Below are positions 38,833 to 48,363 of a stretch of DNA of 64,000 nucleotides, in pieces. The first letter of the stretch is position 1; each line of letters starts with the position of its first letter. The DNA is taken from the IMG/VR virus record IMGVR_UViG_3300037294_000399, positions 32,308 to 96,307 of that record; one strand, given 5' to 3'. Under the pieces are notes generated by a model. It was not told the origin of the DNA and did not search any database. It saw only the letters and a program-made list of their open reading frames with translations. The position numbers and the translations under genes were made by a program. This DNA comes from a virus.

Positions 38833-38932
38833 AAAAATTTGTACCAATAAGAAAGCATACTTTGAGTATTTCATTCTAGAGAAACACACTGCTGGTATCC
38901 AACTACAAGGTTCAGAAGTTAAAGAAAATTAA
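38822..38932 (+). pseudogene. orphan 5' end of smpB (MANKKICTNKKAYFEYFILEKHTAGIQLQGSEVKEN*)
   Basis: aligns to TNRKARFEYEIIETFVSGIVLVGSEVK of 40310. Confidence 0.9.
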
Positions 38933-39879
38933 TTTAATTGTTTATTACAATAGTTTAAAATTTCTGGTTTATCTTTTATATAATAACACTCACCCATACC
39001 ATGGAATTTTATAGTCGGGGTGTATTTAATTTTTTTAAAATACCTGTGTAACGCTTTTTCTATGTTAAACACTAATTCTGGTTCAGCTTCATGTGTTAAT
39101 ATTATATCATATTTATAAGGCATATGTTTATTACTAGGGTATCTTCCTTTTAAGTTGTTTATTGTTATACCTATTTTAATGAATTCTTCAGTATCATTAT
39201 AACATTTAATAATATATAACATTGGTTTAGCCTTTATGTTTTTAGATATAATATTTTTCCAACTTGATAGTGAAAAACTATGTGAATTATTAATTGCTTT
39301 TTTAGACACCGTTATATAACCACATTTACGGCAACCACAACCTTTTAAATGCATATTAGGTGTTTGTTCAAAGTCACCATGTATTGGACAAATAATTGTG
39401 ATATTAACTTTACTATTTAAATAAATAATTTTAGAATAATTATATTTATCGCTATGAACTTTTTCGGCTTTTAATATGAACTCATTATTTGATGTGGTTC
39501 TATCCTCATTAAAACACTTCCAACAACCAACACCACTAATATGAGAACTTGGTGTTTGTTCAAATTTATCATGTATTGGGCAAATTATTTTAATTTTTTC
39601 ATAACAATTTTTATAATCTACCAATGAATAATTAAATTTATTTTTATGAACTATATTACATTTATTAATAAATTCTTCATTAGTTAAACCTTTTCCAGAA
39701 CATTTAATACAACCATTACCTTTTAAATGGTTATGTACTAATTGTTCAAAAACACCATGTTCAGAACAAATTATTTTAACGTTAGTTCTTTTATTAATAT
39801 AGTTAACTTTTGAATAATCATATTTATCACCATGTATTAATTTAGCTTTTGAAATAAAATTTTCAGTTTTATTTTCCAT
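38929..39879 (-). CDS. DUF723-type repeat endonuclease with C-terminal GIY-YIG/T5orf172-like domain
   Basis: three KY.YS..IIC..H..FEQ...H..G.GC repeats; LYII..FIKIGIT..R..E..LH. Confidence 0.85.
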   Translation of the reverse strand: MENKTENFISKAKLIHGDKYDYSKVNYINKRTNVKIICSEHGVFEQLVHNHLKGNGCIKCSGKGLTNEEFINKCNIVHKNKFNYSLVDYKNCYEKIKIICPIHDKFEQTPSSHISGVGCWKCFNEDRTTSNNEFILKAEKVHSDKYNYSKIIYLNSKVNITIICPIHGDFEQTPNMHLKGCGCRKCGYITVSKKAINNSHSFSLSSWKNIISKNIKAKPMLYIIKCYNDTEEFIKIGITINNLKGRYPSNKHMPYKYDIILTHEAEPELVFNIEKALHRYFKKIKYTPTIKFHGMGECYYIKDKPEILNYCNKQLN

Positions 39880-40027
39880 TTTTTAAAGTGTTAAAATGTT
39901 CAATTAATAACCATTCGAAGAATTTACTCTTATTATTAATTACATCTAAATGAATTATTAATTCATTAGGAATCTGGATACTTATGGTTTGTTTTCTCTC
40001 TTTTGGTGATAATTTGTCTTTTTTCAT
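39869..40027 (-). CDS. 52-aa ribbon-helix-helix-like protein (absent from ORF track)
   Basis: MKKDKLSPKERKQTISIQIPNELIIHLDVINNKSKFFEWLLIEHFNTLKNGK; paralog of 13038-13190. Confidence 0.75.
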   Translation of the reverse strand: MKKDKLSPKERKQTISIQIPNELIIHLDVINNKSKFFEWLLIEHFNTLKNGK

Positions 40028-40103
40028 AATATTTTGTTTGTATACATATAAATATCATGAAACAATGAAAACGGTGAAAAAACCGTAAAATAATTAAATT
40101 ATT

Positions 40104-40232
40104 TTACTTTTTGTTAATATAATTTTTTAAAAGACTAACTAATAACTGAGTACGGTTATAATTACCTTCTTTTACTTTTTTAATTAACTCTGTTGGAAGG
40201 GTGATGTTGAGTTTAGTTGTATCTGTTTTCAT
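40104..40232 (-). CDS. 42-aa ribbon-helix-helix-like protein (absent from ORF track)
   Basis: MKTDTTKLNITLPTELIKKVKEGNYNRTQLLVSLLKNYINKK; paralog of 13261-13398. Confidence 0.7.
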   Translation of the reverse strand: MKTDTTKLNITLPTELIKKVKEGNYNRTQLLVSLLKNYINKK

Positions 40233-40309
40233 AAATATAAATATAGTTATAAAAATTAAATAAGTAAATAAATTGTATAATTAGAAATTATTTAGTACCT
40301 TTGTATATT

Positions 40310-40753
40310 ATGAAAGTTATTTTAACTAATCGCAAAGCGAGATTTGAGTATGAGATTATCGAAACTTTTGTATCGGGAATCGTCTTGGTTGGGTCTGAGG
40401 TAAAGAGTATCAAGGCTGGTAAGGTTTCTATTGTTGAGGCTTATTGTTTCATCTCCAATGGTGAGTTGTTTATCAAAGGCATGCACATTGCTGAACATAA
40501 AGAAGGTGGTAAACATAACAATCATTTGCCGCTAAGAGATAGAAAGCTTCTTATGAATAAAAAAGAAATCTTTAAGTTAGATAAAAGTTTATCACAAAAG
40601 GGCTTGACTATTGTACCTATTGAAGTTATAATATCGAACACTGGGTTCGTCAAGGTTAACATTGGTTTGGGTAAAGGTAAACACTTATACGATAAAAAAC
40701 AGTCCATCAAAGAAAAAGACTTAAAAAGAGATTTAGAAAGAAACACTGATTAA
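40310..40753 (+). CDS. smpB: SsrA-binding protein SmpB
   Basis: NRKARFEY, G.VL.GSEVKS, R.RKLL..KKE, GLTIVP, GKGK..YDK. Confidence 0.95.
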   Translation: MKVILTNRKARFEYEIIETFVSGIVLVGSEVKSIKAGKVSIVEAYCFISNGELFIKGMHIAEHKEGGKHNNHLPLRDRKLLMNKKEIFKLDKSLSQKGLTIVPIEVIISNTGFVKVNIGLGKGKHLYDKKQSIKEKDLKRDLERNTD

Positions 40754-40817
40754 TATTTTTTAAAACCAAATATATTCATTACCTTTACATAACATTAACT
40801 AAAAATATAAATTACTT

Positions 40818-41696
40818 ATGAAGCAATTAAAAATTTCACACAAACTTACAAACAGAGAAAATGAATCTTTCAAACAATACTTGAAAGAAATTGGAGAGGT
40901 TGCTATCTTTTCAACACCAGAAGAAGAATACGCTGTTGCTGAAAGAGCAAGTTTGGGTGACCAAAAAGCTATCGCTGAACTAATTGAACGAAACTTACGT
41001 TTTGTTGTTTCTGTGGCTAAACAATACGTTAGTGATGGTATTCCATTGGAAGACCTTGTAAATGAGGGTAATATTGGGTTGGTAATAGCTGCTGAGAAGT
41101 TTACACCAACTATGGGTTATAAATTCATTTCATACGCTGTATGGTGGATTAGAAAGATTATCTTAGAACACATCGCTAAGAATGGTAAGATGGTTCGTAT
41201 CCCAGCAAACAAGTTGAATAGCTTATCTAAGTTGAATAAAAAGATTGCTGAACTTGAACAAATAAAAGGTCGTAAAGTAGATGTTCAAGAAGTAATGGAA
41301 GAATTTGGTAACGAAATAAACGATGAAGATTTCATGTTCTTAGATGTATTAAGCACATATAATATGGATTCATTGGACCGTCAAGTTGGTAACGATGAGG
41401 GTGGTTCAGTGTTAGGTGAATTAATTGCTGATAATTCATTTAAAGCAACTGACCATCTATTGAATGATTCAAATATAACTAACGAAATCAATACAATTCT
41501 TGGTATTTTGTCTTTAAGAGATAGAGAAATTATGGAATGTTTATTTGGGTTAAATGGTAATAGTCCTATGACTCTCAATGAAGTTGGTGATAGAATGGGT
41601 ATAACTCGTGAAAGAGCACGTCAAGTTCGTGAAAAATCACTTAAATTATTAAGAATAAACCCTAGAGTTCTTTTAGCTTACAATGAACTTGGTTAA
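40818..41696 (+). CDS. RpoD/SigA-family sigma factor (Bacteroidota type, no region 1.1)
   Basis: NLRFVVSVAKQY, DLVNEGNIGL, KFISYAVWWIR, TL.EVG..GITRERARQ. Confidence 0.93.
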   Translation: MKQLKISHKLTNRENESFKQYLKEIGEVAIFSTPEEEYAVAERASLGDQKAIAELIERNLRFVVSVAKQYVSDGIPLEDLVNEGNIGLVIAAEKFTPTMGYKFISYAVWWIRKIILEHIAKNGKMVRIPANKLNSLSKLNKKIAELEQIKGRKVDVQEVMEEFGNEINDEDFMFLDVLSTYNMDSLDRQVGNDEGGSVLGELIADNSFKATDHLLNDSNITNEINTILGILSLRDREIMECLFGLNGNSPMTLNEVGDRMGITRERARQVREKSLKLLRINPRVLLAYNELG

Positions 41697-41988
41697 TACT
41701 GAAGAAGATATTTTTAATGTGATGCTTGTCAAAAAATATATTGACAAGCATTATGTTGTTTATAGAATTTATGCTGATAGAGCTAAAGAAAAACGTTTTC
41801 CTTTGGCACATGACTTTAGTATCAAAGAAATAGAATCAGATAAAAATACTGACCTTTGGGGTGTAGAGTTACGGTTACGTAAAATTTTTTGTGTTGATTT
41901 TAAAATAATAAACCAAGCATTTAAAGAAGTAGTTATGCTACAGATAGAGAAAGACTTTGAAAAACAAATTAAACTAAAATTTTTCTGA
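41683..41988 (+). CDS. hypothetical protein
   Basis: operon packing. Confidence 0.65.
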   Translation: MNLVNTEEDIFNVMLVKKYIDKHYVVYRIYADRAKEKRFPLAHDFSIKEIESDKNTDLWGVELRLRKIFCVDFKIINQAFKEVVMLQIEKDFEKQIKLKFF

Positions 41989-42302
41989 TGGAAAAAATTA
42001 TAATGAACTATCTAGATAAAAATTACAGGTTTTCTTTATCAACATTGTCATCATATAAGTTATACGATAAAATAAACAAAATCGACATTTCAATTACGTC
42101 AATTTGGGGTGATAGTGAAACTATATTTGGAATATCTAAAGAAACCTTTCTACCAATTTGGGATAAATGGGCTGATATTAAAATAACTGACTTAAATAAT
42201 AGAATAACCGATATACGATATAAACTATACGAGTTAAACGGTACTGATTTTGAGATAACATCAAAAGATATCAATATGATATTAAACATAGAAATGATAT
42301 AG
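41988..42302 (+). CDS. hypothetical protein
   Basis: MEKIIMNYLDKNY N-terminus shared with 23639 and 31394. Confidence 0.65.
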   Translation: MEKIIMNYLDKNYRFSLSTLSSYKLYDKINKIDISITSIWGDSETIFGISKETFLPIWDKWADIKITDLNNRITDIRYKLYELNGTDFEITSKDINMILNIEMI

Positions 42303-42359
42303 TTAAGTACACATTTGTGTACATAGACATATGTTTTATTGATTTTTATTAGTTTTAGA

Positions 42360-42370
42360 GATATTTATTA
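42360..42370 (+). promoter_or_regulatory. GATATTTATTA motif, putative phage late promoter (also near 1073, 7744, 10218, 24469, 26537, 32622; minus strand near 13220, 23555, 28445, 40048)
   Basis: recurs 10-40 nt upstream of nuclease/RHH genes and a few others, on the gene's own strand. Confidence 0.65.
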
Positions 42371-42385
42371 TAAAAGAATTGAGAT

Positions 42386-42769
42386 ATGAAAAAATCATTT
42401 ATAAAAGACATGCTTAGAGAATCTTTGTTTAGCAAAATAAAAGAAGCGAACAAAGAAGGTGGTGAAGAAGATACCGAAAAAGAAGGTGGTGATGGTCAAT
42501 TCAGTGAGTTGAACCAAGACGAAAAGAAAAAAGTTCAAACGCTAACAAAAAAAATTAAAAACGCAACGCAAGGTGCTGGTAAACTTTTAAAGTTATCTCA
42601 AGTAATGGATGCTGCGGGTGTGGGTAGTGCGGACAACGCAACCGACAGGTCAGCAATTGGTAAAGCAGTGTCTGGTAAGCCAGATGCCGATGGTAAGGTC
42701 AGACACTTGTCAGTAAAACAAGCGAACTCCATGGGTAAAGTTGTAGACAACCCAGTAGCTTTTAAATAA
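42386..42769 (+). CDS. hypothetical protein with MKKSFIKDMLRES leader
   Basis: own promoter motif and terminator. Confidence 0.75.
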   Translation: MKKSFIKDMLRESLFSKIKEANKEGGEEDTEKEGGDGQFSELNQDEKKKVQTLTKKIKNATQGAGKLLKLSQVMDAAGVGSADNATDRSAIGKAVSGKPDADGKVRHLSVKQANSMGKVVDNPVAFK

Positions 42770-42778
42770 TAAACACTG

Positions 42779-42804
42779 ACCCAGAACTAGTTCTGGGTTT
42801 TTTT
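42779..42804 (+). terminator. rho-independent terminator
   Basis: ACCCAGAAC-TA-GTTCTGGGT + T run. Confidence 0.85.
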
Positions 42805-43155
42805 ATATCCATACTTTTTTAATATCCAAATTATTTAACATTTATTTAGTTGACGGTGATTATCACCGCAGCCGACACCAACACGTAAACCCGAACACTC
42901 TATTGAGTATCAGGTCGCATGGCTCTTTATAATGTAGTTGGTAAGACCACAGGTTTTGTGAAAGTTCTACAAAGGTAATACAAATAATTTAATCATCCAA
43001 ACAAATACTAAAAAAAAATAATTCCAGGAAATTCATAAAAATATTTGGTGGATTAAAATATTATATGTACCTTTGCATTATAATAATTAACACAAACCAA
43101 AAATGGAGAAATTAAAGATAGAGCAATAATATAAATAATATAAATAATATAAGTT

Positions 43156-43785
43156 ATGGCAAAGACAATTGAAAAAATAGCAGATTTAGAGTACAATGAA
43201 TTGGTTACTCTAGGTATTATCGAACAAAACAATGATTTAAGAGAAATCTTCACAGATGAAATTAAAGCACCGTTTACTATGTTGTATTCTCTGCAAAAAG
43301 AGGGTAAGTTAAATGAAGAAACCAAAGAATTGTTGGTTGGGTTGTTTGAAAACCTTATTCTTACAAGTAAAGATTTAATCAATAAGTATCAACGTTTAAT
43401 GCAGTCACCACCAACACCACAAACTGAACCTATTGAGGTCGCAGAGGTGATTGAAGTTGAAGAAGTAGTTGAGCAAGTTGTGGAACCTATCAAGGTCATT
43501 GTCAAGGACAAAGTGTCCGAGAAGAAAGAAGCTTTGATTCCTAGAAGATATGGTAAAGAAAAGATTACCAAGGACATTGAAGCACAAGGTGGTGTTGCAT
43601 CACCAGTTCAACGTGCTATGTTAAAGGGTAACACACTGAAGAATATCTATGTTAACCTTAATAATCGTCTTATTAAAGATTATTTTACAAAAAATGATAC
43701 TTTAAACAACGAAGACTATCGAAAAATAACATCTGCAATCAAAATAATTGAACAGGTTATTAACCCAATAATAAAAAAAAGTTAA
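43156..43785 (+). CDS. hypothetical protein with replaced C-terminus
   Basis: LKNIYVNL...ED.RKI.SAI duplicated at 43998-44159. Confidence 0.75.
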   Translation: MAKTIEKIADLEYNELVTLGIIEQNNDLREIFTDEIKAPFTMLYSLQKEGKLNEETKELLVGLFENLILTSKDLINKYQRLMQSPPTPQTEPIEVAEVIEVEEVVEQVVEPIKVIVKDKVSEKKEALIPRRYGKEKITKDIEAQGGVASPVQRAMLKGNTLKNIYVNLNNRLIKDYFTKNDTLNNEDYRKITSAIKIIEQVINPIIKKS

Positions 43786-43789
43786 GAAA

Positions 43790-43930
43790 TGATTTTATTT
43801 TTTTTAATTAATCTGTTATGATAACTACACATAGGTTGTGTGTTAGAAAAATGAAATAGTTTATATAACATATTTTCTGTTTTAGCTGATGATAATGGAA
43901 CTATATGGTCAATATCCCATGTCTTATTTA
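43790..43930 (-). pseudogene. HNH endonuclease C-terminal remnant
   Basis: WDIDHIVPLSSAKTENMLYKLFHFSNTQPMCSYHNR matches the 27787-28431 C-terminus. Confidence 0.75.
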
Positions 43931-43997
43931 ATTGATATATATGTACCTTTGTATTAATTAAGTATTTAATCAGATTAATATTGTACTGATTAAATAT

Positions 43998-44159
43998 TTG
44001 AAGAACATCTATGTCAATTTGTCCACTAGAGGTATCAAGGATATGGTTGGCGGTACTGACTCTTTGTCTGACGAAGATTGTCGTAAGATTGTATCAGCGA
44101 TTACAACATTTGAAAGACAAATGGGTGATATTGTAAAAACAAAAGCAAAAAAGAAGTAA
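43998..44159 (+). pseudogene. orphan original C-terminus of gene 43156
   Basis: LKNIYVNLSTRGIKDMVGGTDSLSDEDCRKIVSAITTFERQMGDIVKTKAKKK*. Confidence 0.85.
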
Positions 44160-44516
44160 TATGAAATACATTAAAACAAGAAATTTTTTATTCGGAACAT
44201 CATTTGGTTTATGCCTTGCATGTTTGGATGAACCTAATTACATATATCCACTAATAATTGGTGGGTTAGCATTTGTATCATTTTTAATCAATTTAAAAGA
44301 AAAATAGTATGTAAGTATTTTTAGCACTAGCGGGATTGGGTGTAGCATTTGTCGGATTATCAATATTGTTTAATGGGTTTCCAAGTATCAATATTACAAG
44401 GCATTACCACACAAAAGAAAAAAAAAAGTCAAAAAAAGATGGTAATTAATTTGGTAGTATAGAAAATTATACATACCTTTGTAATCTAAATAATAAAAAC
44501 TTAAAAATTTAAACGT

Positions 44517-45101
44517 ATGACAAACACTAATGGTGAAAACAAGTTTGACAACCAATTCCTAATTAAATTAGGGCTGATTGGTTTAGGTATTATCTTTATC
44601 GTAGTATTCTTCTCTAACTTTGTATCGTTCTCTAATACGGAGATTGATTTGAGAAACACATTTGACCAAAAGATTGAGGAAAGAACTTCATTCTATGATA
44701 AAATGTACAAAGTAATTGCACAGAAAACACAGATTGCAGTCAAGAATGATGAATCATTCAGACAAAACATTAACATTATTATGGAAGGTCGTAAAGATGC
44801 ACCACAAGTGTTTATGAAATGGATAACAGAATCTAACCCTAATTCAAATTATAGCGAAGTTAGTGCATTATATAAAGATTTATCTAGGTCAGTTGAAGCA
44901 CAGCGTGAAGGTTTCTTTAATGAAGAAAAGGTTATTCAAGATGTTGTAAAACAACACAAGAACCATATACAAAAATTCCCTAATAGCTTCTATAATGTTT
45001 TTATGGGTAGACAAGCGTTGGTTTACAAACCGATTACATCTACACGTACAGATGAAGTTATGAGAACTGGCAAAGACGATAACATTAGTTTAGAACTATA
45101 A
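44517..45101 (+). CDS. LemA-like membrane-anchored protein
   Basis: N-terminal TM, helical body, FP..F motif near C-terminus. Confidence 0.6.
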   Translation: MTNTNGENKFDNQFLIKLGLIGLGIIFIVVFFSNFVSFSNTEIDLRNTFDQKIEERTSFYDKMYKVIAQKTQIAVKNDESFRQNINIIMEGRKDAPQVFMKWITESNPNSNYSEVSALYKDLSRSVEAQREGFFNEEKVIQDVVKQHKNHIQKFPNSFYNVFMGRQALVYKPITSTRTDEVMRTGKDDNISLEL

Positions 45102-46255
45102 TGATTTGGTACGCACTATTAATACCCATCTTAGCTGTAATAGTTGGATGGGTATTATTTAAAAAAGAAATTGTTTGGTGGGAGTTATTCATACCAACTG
45201 CGGGTTCAATCCTTTTCATATTGATTTCGTACTATTCAATGAAAAGCTATACGTTAAGTGATACCGAATACAATGGGTTCATCGTAACAGAAGCTAGATA
45301 CTACGAAGCTTACGAAACTTGGGTCAAGAGAACGTGTAGTAGAACCTATACAACTGGTAGTGGTAAAACTAGAACAACGTACACAGTGTATTATGATTGT
45401 TCATATTGTGATTACACATCGGAAAGATACACAATTATAGATACAAAAGGTAACGAGATTGATATTAGTCTAGCCAAGTACAAATCGTTGATGAAGCAAT
45501 GGCACGGTAAACCTAAATTTGTTGAGCTTAATCGAGATATAGATTATAGAGGTAGTTGTGGTAAAGATGGTGATATGTACTTCTTCGCATGGGATAAACA
45601 GACACATACGTCTGAAACAACAACCTATGAGAAATCGTTTACAAATATATTAAAAAGTAATCACTCTGCGTTTAACTACCCAGACATTACCGAAGAAGAA
45701 GCAAAAAAAGCTAGTCTATACGAGTACCCAGAAATTAATGGTTACAATTATCAAACATCAGTATTAGGGTTAGAGAATACCAAAATAAAAAATAAATGGG
45801 GGTTTACTAAAACGCTAGACCATATAAACGGTGCTTATGGTAGTCAGTATAAAGTAAAGGTATTTACACTATTCTTTAAGAGCAAAGACATAAACACAGC
45901 ATTCTTGCAAGAAGCATATTGGGATGGTGGAAACCAGAACGAGATAGTTGTTTGTATTGGTGTTGATAAGAATGGTAAGTTTGAATGGGTCAAACCATTT
46001 TCATGGTGTGATAATAAAAGGGTGTTGATTGATATTCGTGAAGAATTGATGTCAGCTAAAAACCCAGATAGTAAATTATTCCACAAGACATACTATAATG
46101 CAATTAGAACACATTGGAAATATAAATCGTTTGAAGACTTTAATTATCTGTCATTTGAACCGACTAGTGGTCAATTGATATTTGTTTACTTATTAACGCT
46201 AATCATCTCTGTAGCAACGGTTTGGTGGTGTGTAACGAATAATGAAAAAGAATAA
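45101..46255 (+). CDS. membrane protein, partner of LemA-like gene
   Basis: N- and C-terminal TM helices, W.GGN.NE.VV.IG. Confidence 0.7.
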   Translation: MIWYALLIPILAVIVGWVLFKKEIVWWELFIPTAGSILFILISYYSMKSYTLSDTEYNGFIVTEARYYEAYETWVKRTCSRTYTTGSGKTRTTYTVYYDCSYCDYTSERYTIIDTKGNEIDISLAKYKSLMKQWHGKPKFVELNRDIDYRGSCGKDGDMYFFAWDKQTHTSETTTYEKSFTNILKSNHSAFNYPDITEEEAKKASLYEYPEINGYNYQTSVLGLENTKIKNKWGFTKTLDHINGAYGSQYKVKVFTLFFKSKDINTAFLQEAYWDGGNQNEIVVCIGVDKNGKFEWVKPFSWCDNKRVLIDIREELMSAKNPDSKLFHKTYYNAIRTHWKYKSFEDFNYLSFEPTSGQLIFVYLLTLIISVATVWWCVTNNEKE

Positions 46256-46348
46256 ATGTAAAATAATTTAAAAATAATGGCACTATCGTTTGGTAGTGTC
46301 ATTTTTTATTTCTACCTTTGTCATGTAATAATTAAAAAACCAAAAGTC

Positions 46349-46753
46349 ATGTCAAAAAAAGTAGCAAAATTAGTAAGAGTATCTTTAGTAACAAGAGTAA
46401 TTGTTGATGTAGATGCGACAGAACAAGAAATCATGGAACTTGCCGTACCAAAACTATCTGAAAACCTCATGGATGCACCATTTGAGAACTTGGAAGAAGT
46501 CGTTGATGATACCGAGTGTCCTTATGAGGGAGAATACCTAGACCTATATGGTAGTATTTCTGATAAACTTTGGAAAGTTTATGAGAAGAACATCATGAAA
46601 GTTTCAGTTGATGGGGTTAACTACCACGACAACGATTGTCGTATTGAACAAACTGACGACCACAATGTCAATATCCGTATTGCTAAAGAAGAGCTTTGGA
46701 GAATCGTACCATTCTTCACTTCATTGGAAACCAATGAAGTTGTAATCGACTAA
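46349..46753 (+). CDS. hypothetical protein
   Basis: ATG after promoter 46313. Confidence 0.7.
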   Translation: MSKKVAKLVRVSLVTRVIVDVDATEQEIMELAVPKLSENLMDAPFENLEEVVDDTECPYEGEYLDLYGSISDKLWKVYEKNIMKVSVDGVNYHDNDCRIEQTDDHNVNIRIAKEELWRIVPFFTSLETNEVVID

Positions 46754-46843
46754 AAAATATTTTGAAAAAACCTGGTCAAAAATTTGCAAGTGTCCAGGAA
46801 ATTACTTACCTTTGTATCATATTAATAATTAAAATATAAAAAC

Positions 46844-47086
46844 ATGAAAATAAACAAAAAATTATTTACAGTTAATGAAGTTTGTTCAACATTATCTAAA
46901 GACCAAACAATTAGTTTTTTATCAATATTAATTGAAGCTAGAAATGAATTAGTAGCTAGTTTAGAGTTAGTTGACTCAAACCCTAAAAATGACGATGCGA
47001 AATTAGATTTAGTAAATAATATCGAAACTCAATTAGTTATCGTTAATAAAAACATTAACATATTTAATGATGTATTATCATTATAA
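46844..47086 (+). CDS. hypothetical protein, paralog of 48364
   Basis: INKKLFT.NEV.STL...DAKLDLV..IE.QLV..NKNI shared. Confidence 0.75.
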   Translation: MKINKKLFTVNEVCSTLSKDQTISFLSILIEARNELVASLELVDSNPKNDDAKLDLVNNIETQLVIVNKNINIFNDVLSL

Positions 47087-47189
47087 GAAGTTGCTGTTGC
47101 AAATTAATTAAAAAATATGGGAAAAGATTTGGTTATTTCATTTCTTTTCCCTACCTTTGTATCGTATTAATAATTAAAACCAAAAAGCC

Positions 47190-47582
47190 ATGTCAGTACA
47201 AGAATTTAAAATTAAGAAAGAAGGTAACTATTTTGTAGCTTACGACACCGTAGATAAAAAACGTTCATACGGTAAAATCAATATCAAGAAAGGAAACTTT
47301 TTTGGTGACACACGTTGCATGATTGCATTACACAACCATTTGGATGGGTACAACCAAGAAAACACCAATACAATCAAAGTAATTGAGTACGCAGATTATT
47401 CAAGTGATGAAAATCTTTTCTACCAACACAAGGGTGATGTTGTTTGCCTACATGACGACTTGAAAGAAGGGTCTAGTGAGTTAGGTTGGTTCAAGGTATG
47501 GTTTGATGCAGAAATGGAAGACAGAGAGTACATTACGGTCAATGATACAGTTATTTATCTGGATTCAATTGATGAATTATAA
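47190..47582 (+). CDS. hypothetical protein
   Basis: own promoter. Confidence 0.7.
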   Translation: MSVQEFKIKKEGNYFVAYDTVDKKRSYGKINIKKGNFFGDTRCMIALHNHLDGYNQENTNTIKVIEYADYSSDENLFYQHKGDVVCLHDDLKEGSSELGWFKVWFDAEMEDREYITVNDTVIYLDSIDEL

Positions 47583-47599
47583 ACTAAAAAATAAAAAGT

Positions 47600-48274
47600 A
47601 TGGTAAGTAATTTTTTCCCAAAAAATATTTTCAGAGGCAAGAATGCTGATGGAAGTAAATTTACAGTTAAAGAATACGATTTTGAAACTATTGCTCATTT
47701 AGATTTTGCTAGAGGGTTTTTAATGTTATTCAGCGGTGCAATCATAGGTGTGTTTTTAGCGCCATTATTGTTTGTATTATCTGTTTTATCCTTTGATGGG
47801 TTTTCAAAGATAAAGTTTTGGGTGGTAATGTTAATCAGTGGTTATGTGTTATTTGATTTTACACATGGTTGGTTGATGTTAAGGTTGTTAGACTTCTTTT
47901 TTGAGGAACCATCTTTAAATGTTCTATTTGCTATCAATACTGGTGTGTTTGTAAGTTGTATAGTAATGATATTGGTTGGTAGTTTACTATATAGATGGAT
48001 AATAGATATTAACAACACTGTTGGTTCTCGTTGGTTATTTTATGTGATTGTTGTTTGTGTTATGTTTTTTATTGGGTATAATATTGGTAAAAGTAATATA
48101 AAAAATGATGTTGGTTGGGTTAGAGAAATCCTGGGGTTTAATGAAAAGACACCTTCAGAAATTGAACATGAAAGAGTTGGAAACATGACCGACCAACAAA
48201 TTGAAGACGAAGCTCAAAAAAGATATGAAGACCAGTTAAGGAAAGAAGGAAAAGACCCCGCAAATTACAGGTAA
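47600..48274 (+). CDS. multi-pass membrane protein
   Basis: 4-5 hydrophobic segments. Confidence 0.75.
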   Translation: MVSNFFPKNIFRGKNADGSKFTVKEYDFETIAHLDFARGFLMLFSGAIIGVFLAPLLFVLSVLSFDGFSKIKFWVVMLISGYVLFDFTHGWLMLRLLDFFFEEPSLNVLFAINTGVFVSCIVMILVGSLLYRWIIDINNTVGSRWLFYVIVVCVMFFIGYNIGKSNIKNDVGWVREILGFNEKTPSEIEHERVGNMTDQQIEDEAQKRYEDQLRKEGKDPANYR

Positions 48275-48363
48275 TCAATTAGATGTAAAAAAGTTTTGAA
48301 TAGACTTTTTTTTATGGAAAAAAATCCGTACCTTTGTAGTCTAATTAATAAACAATAGAAATT

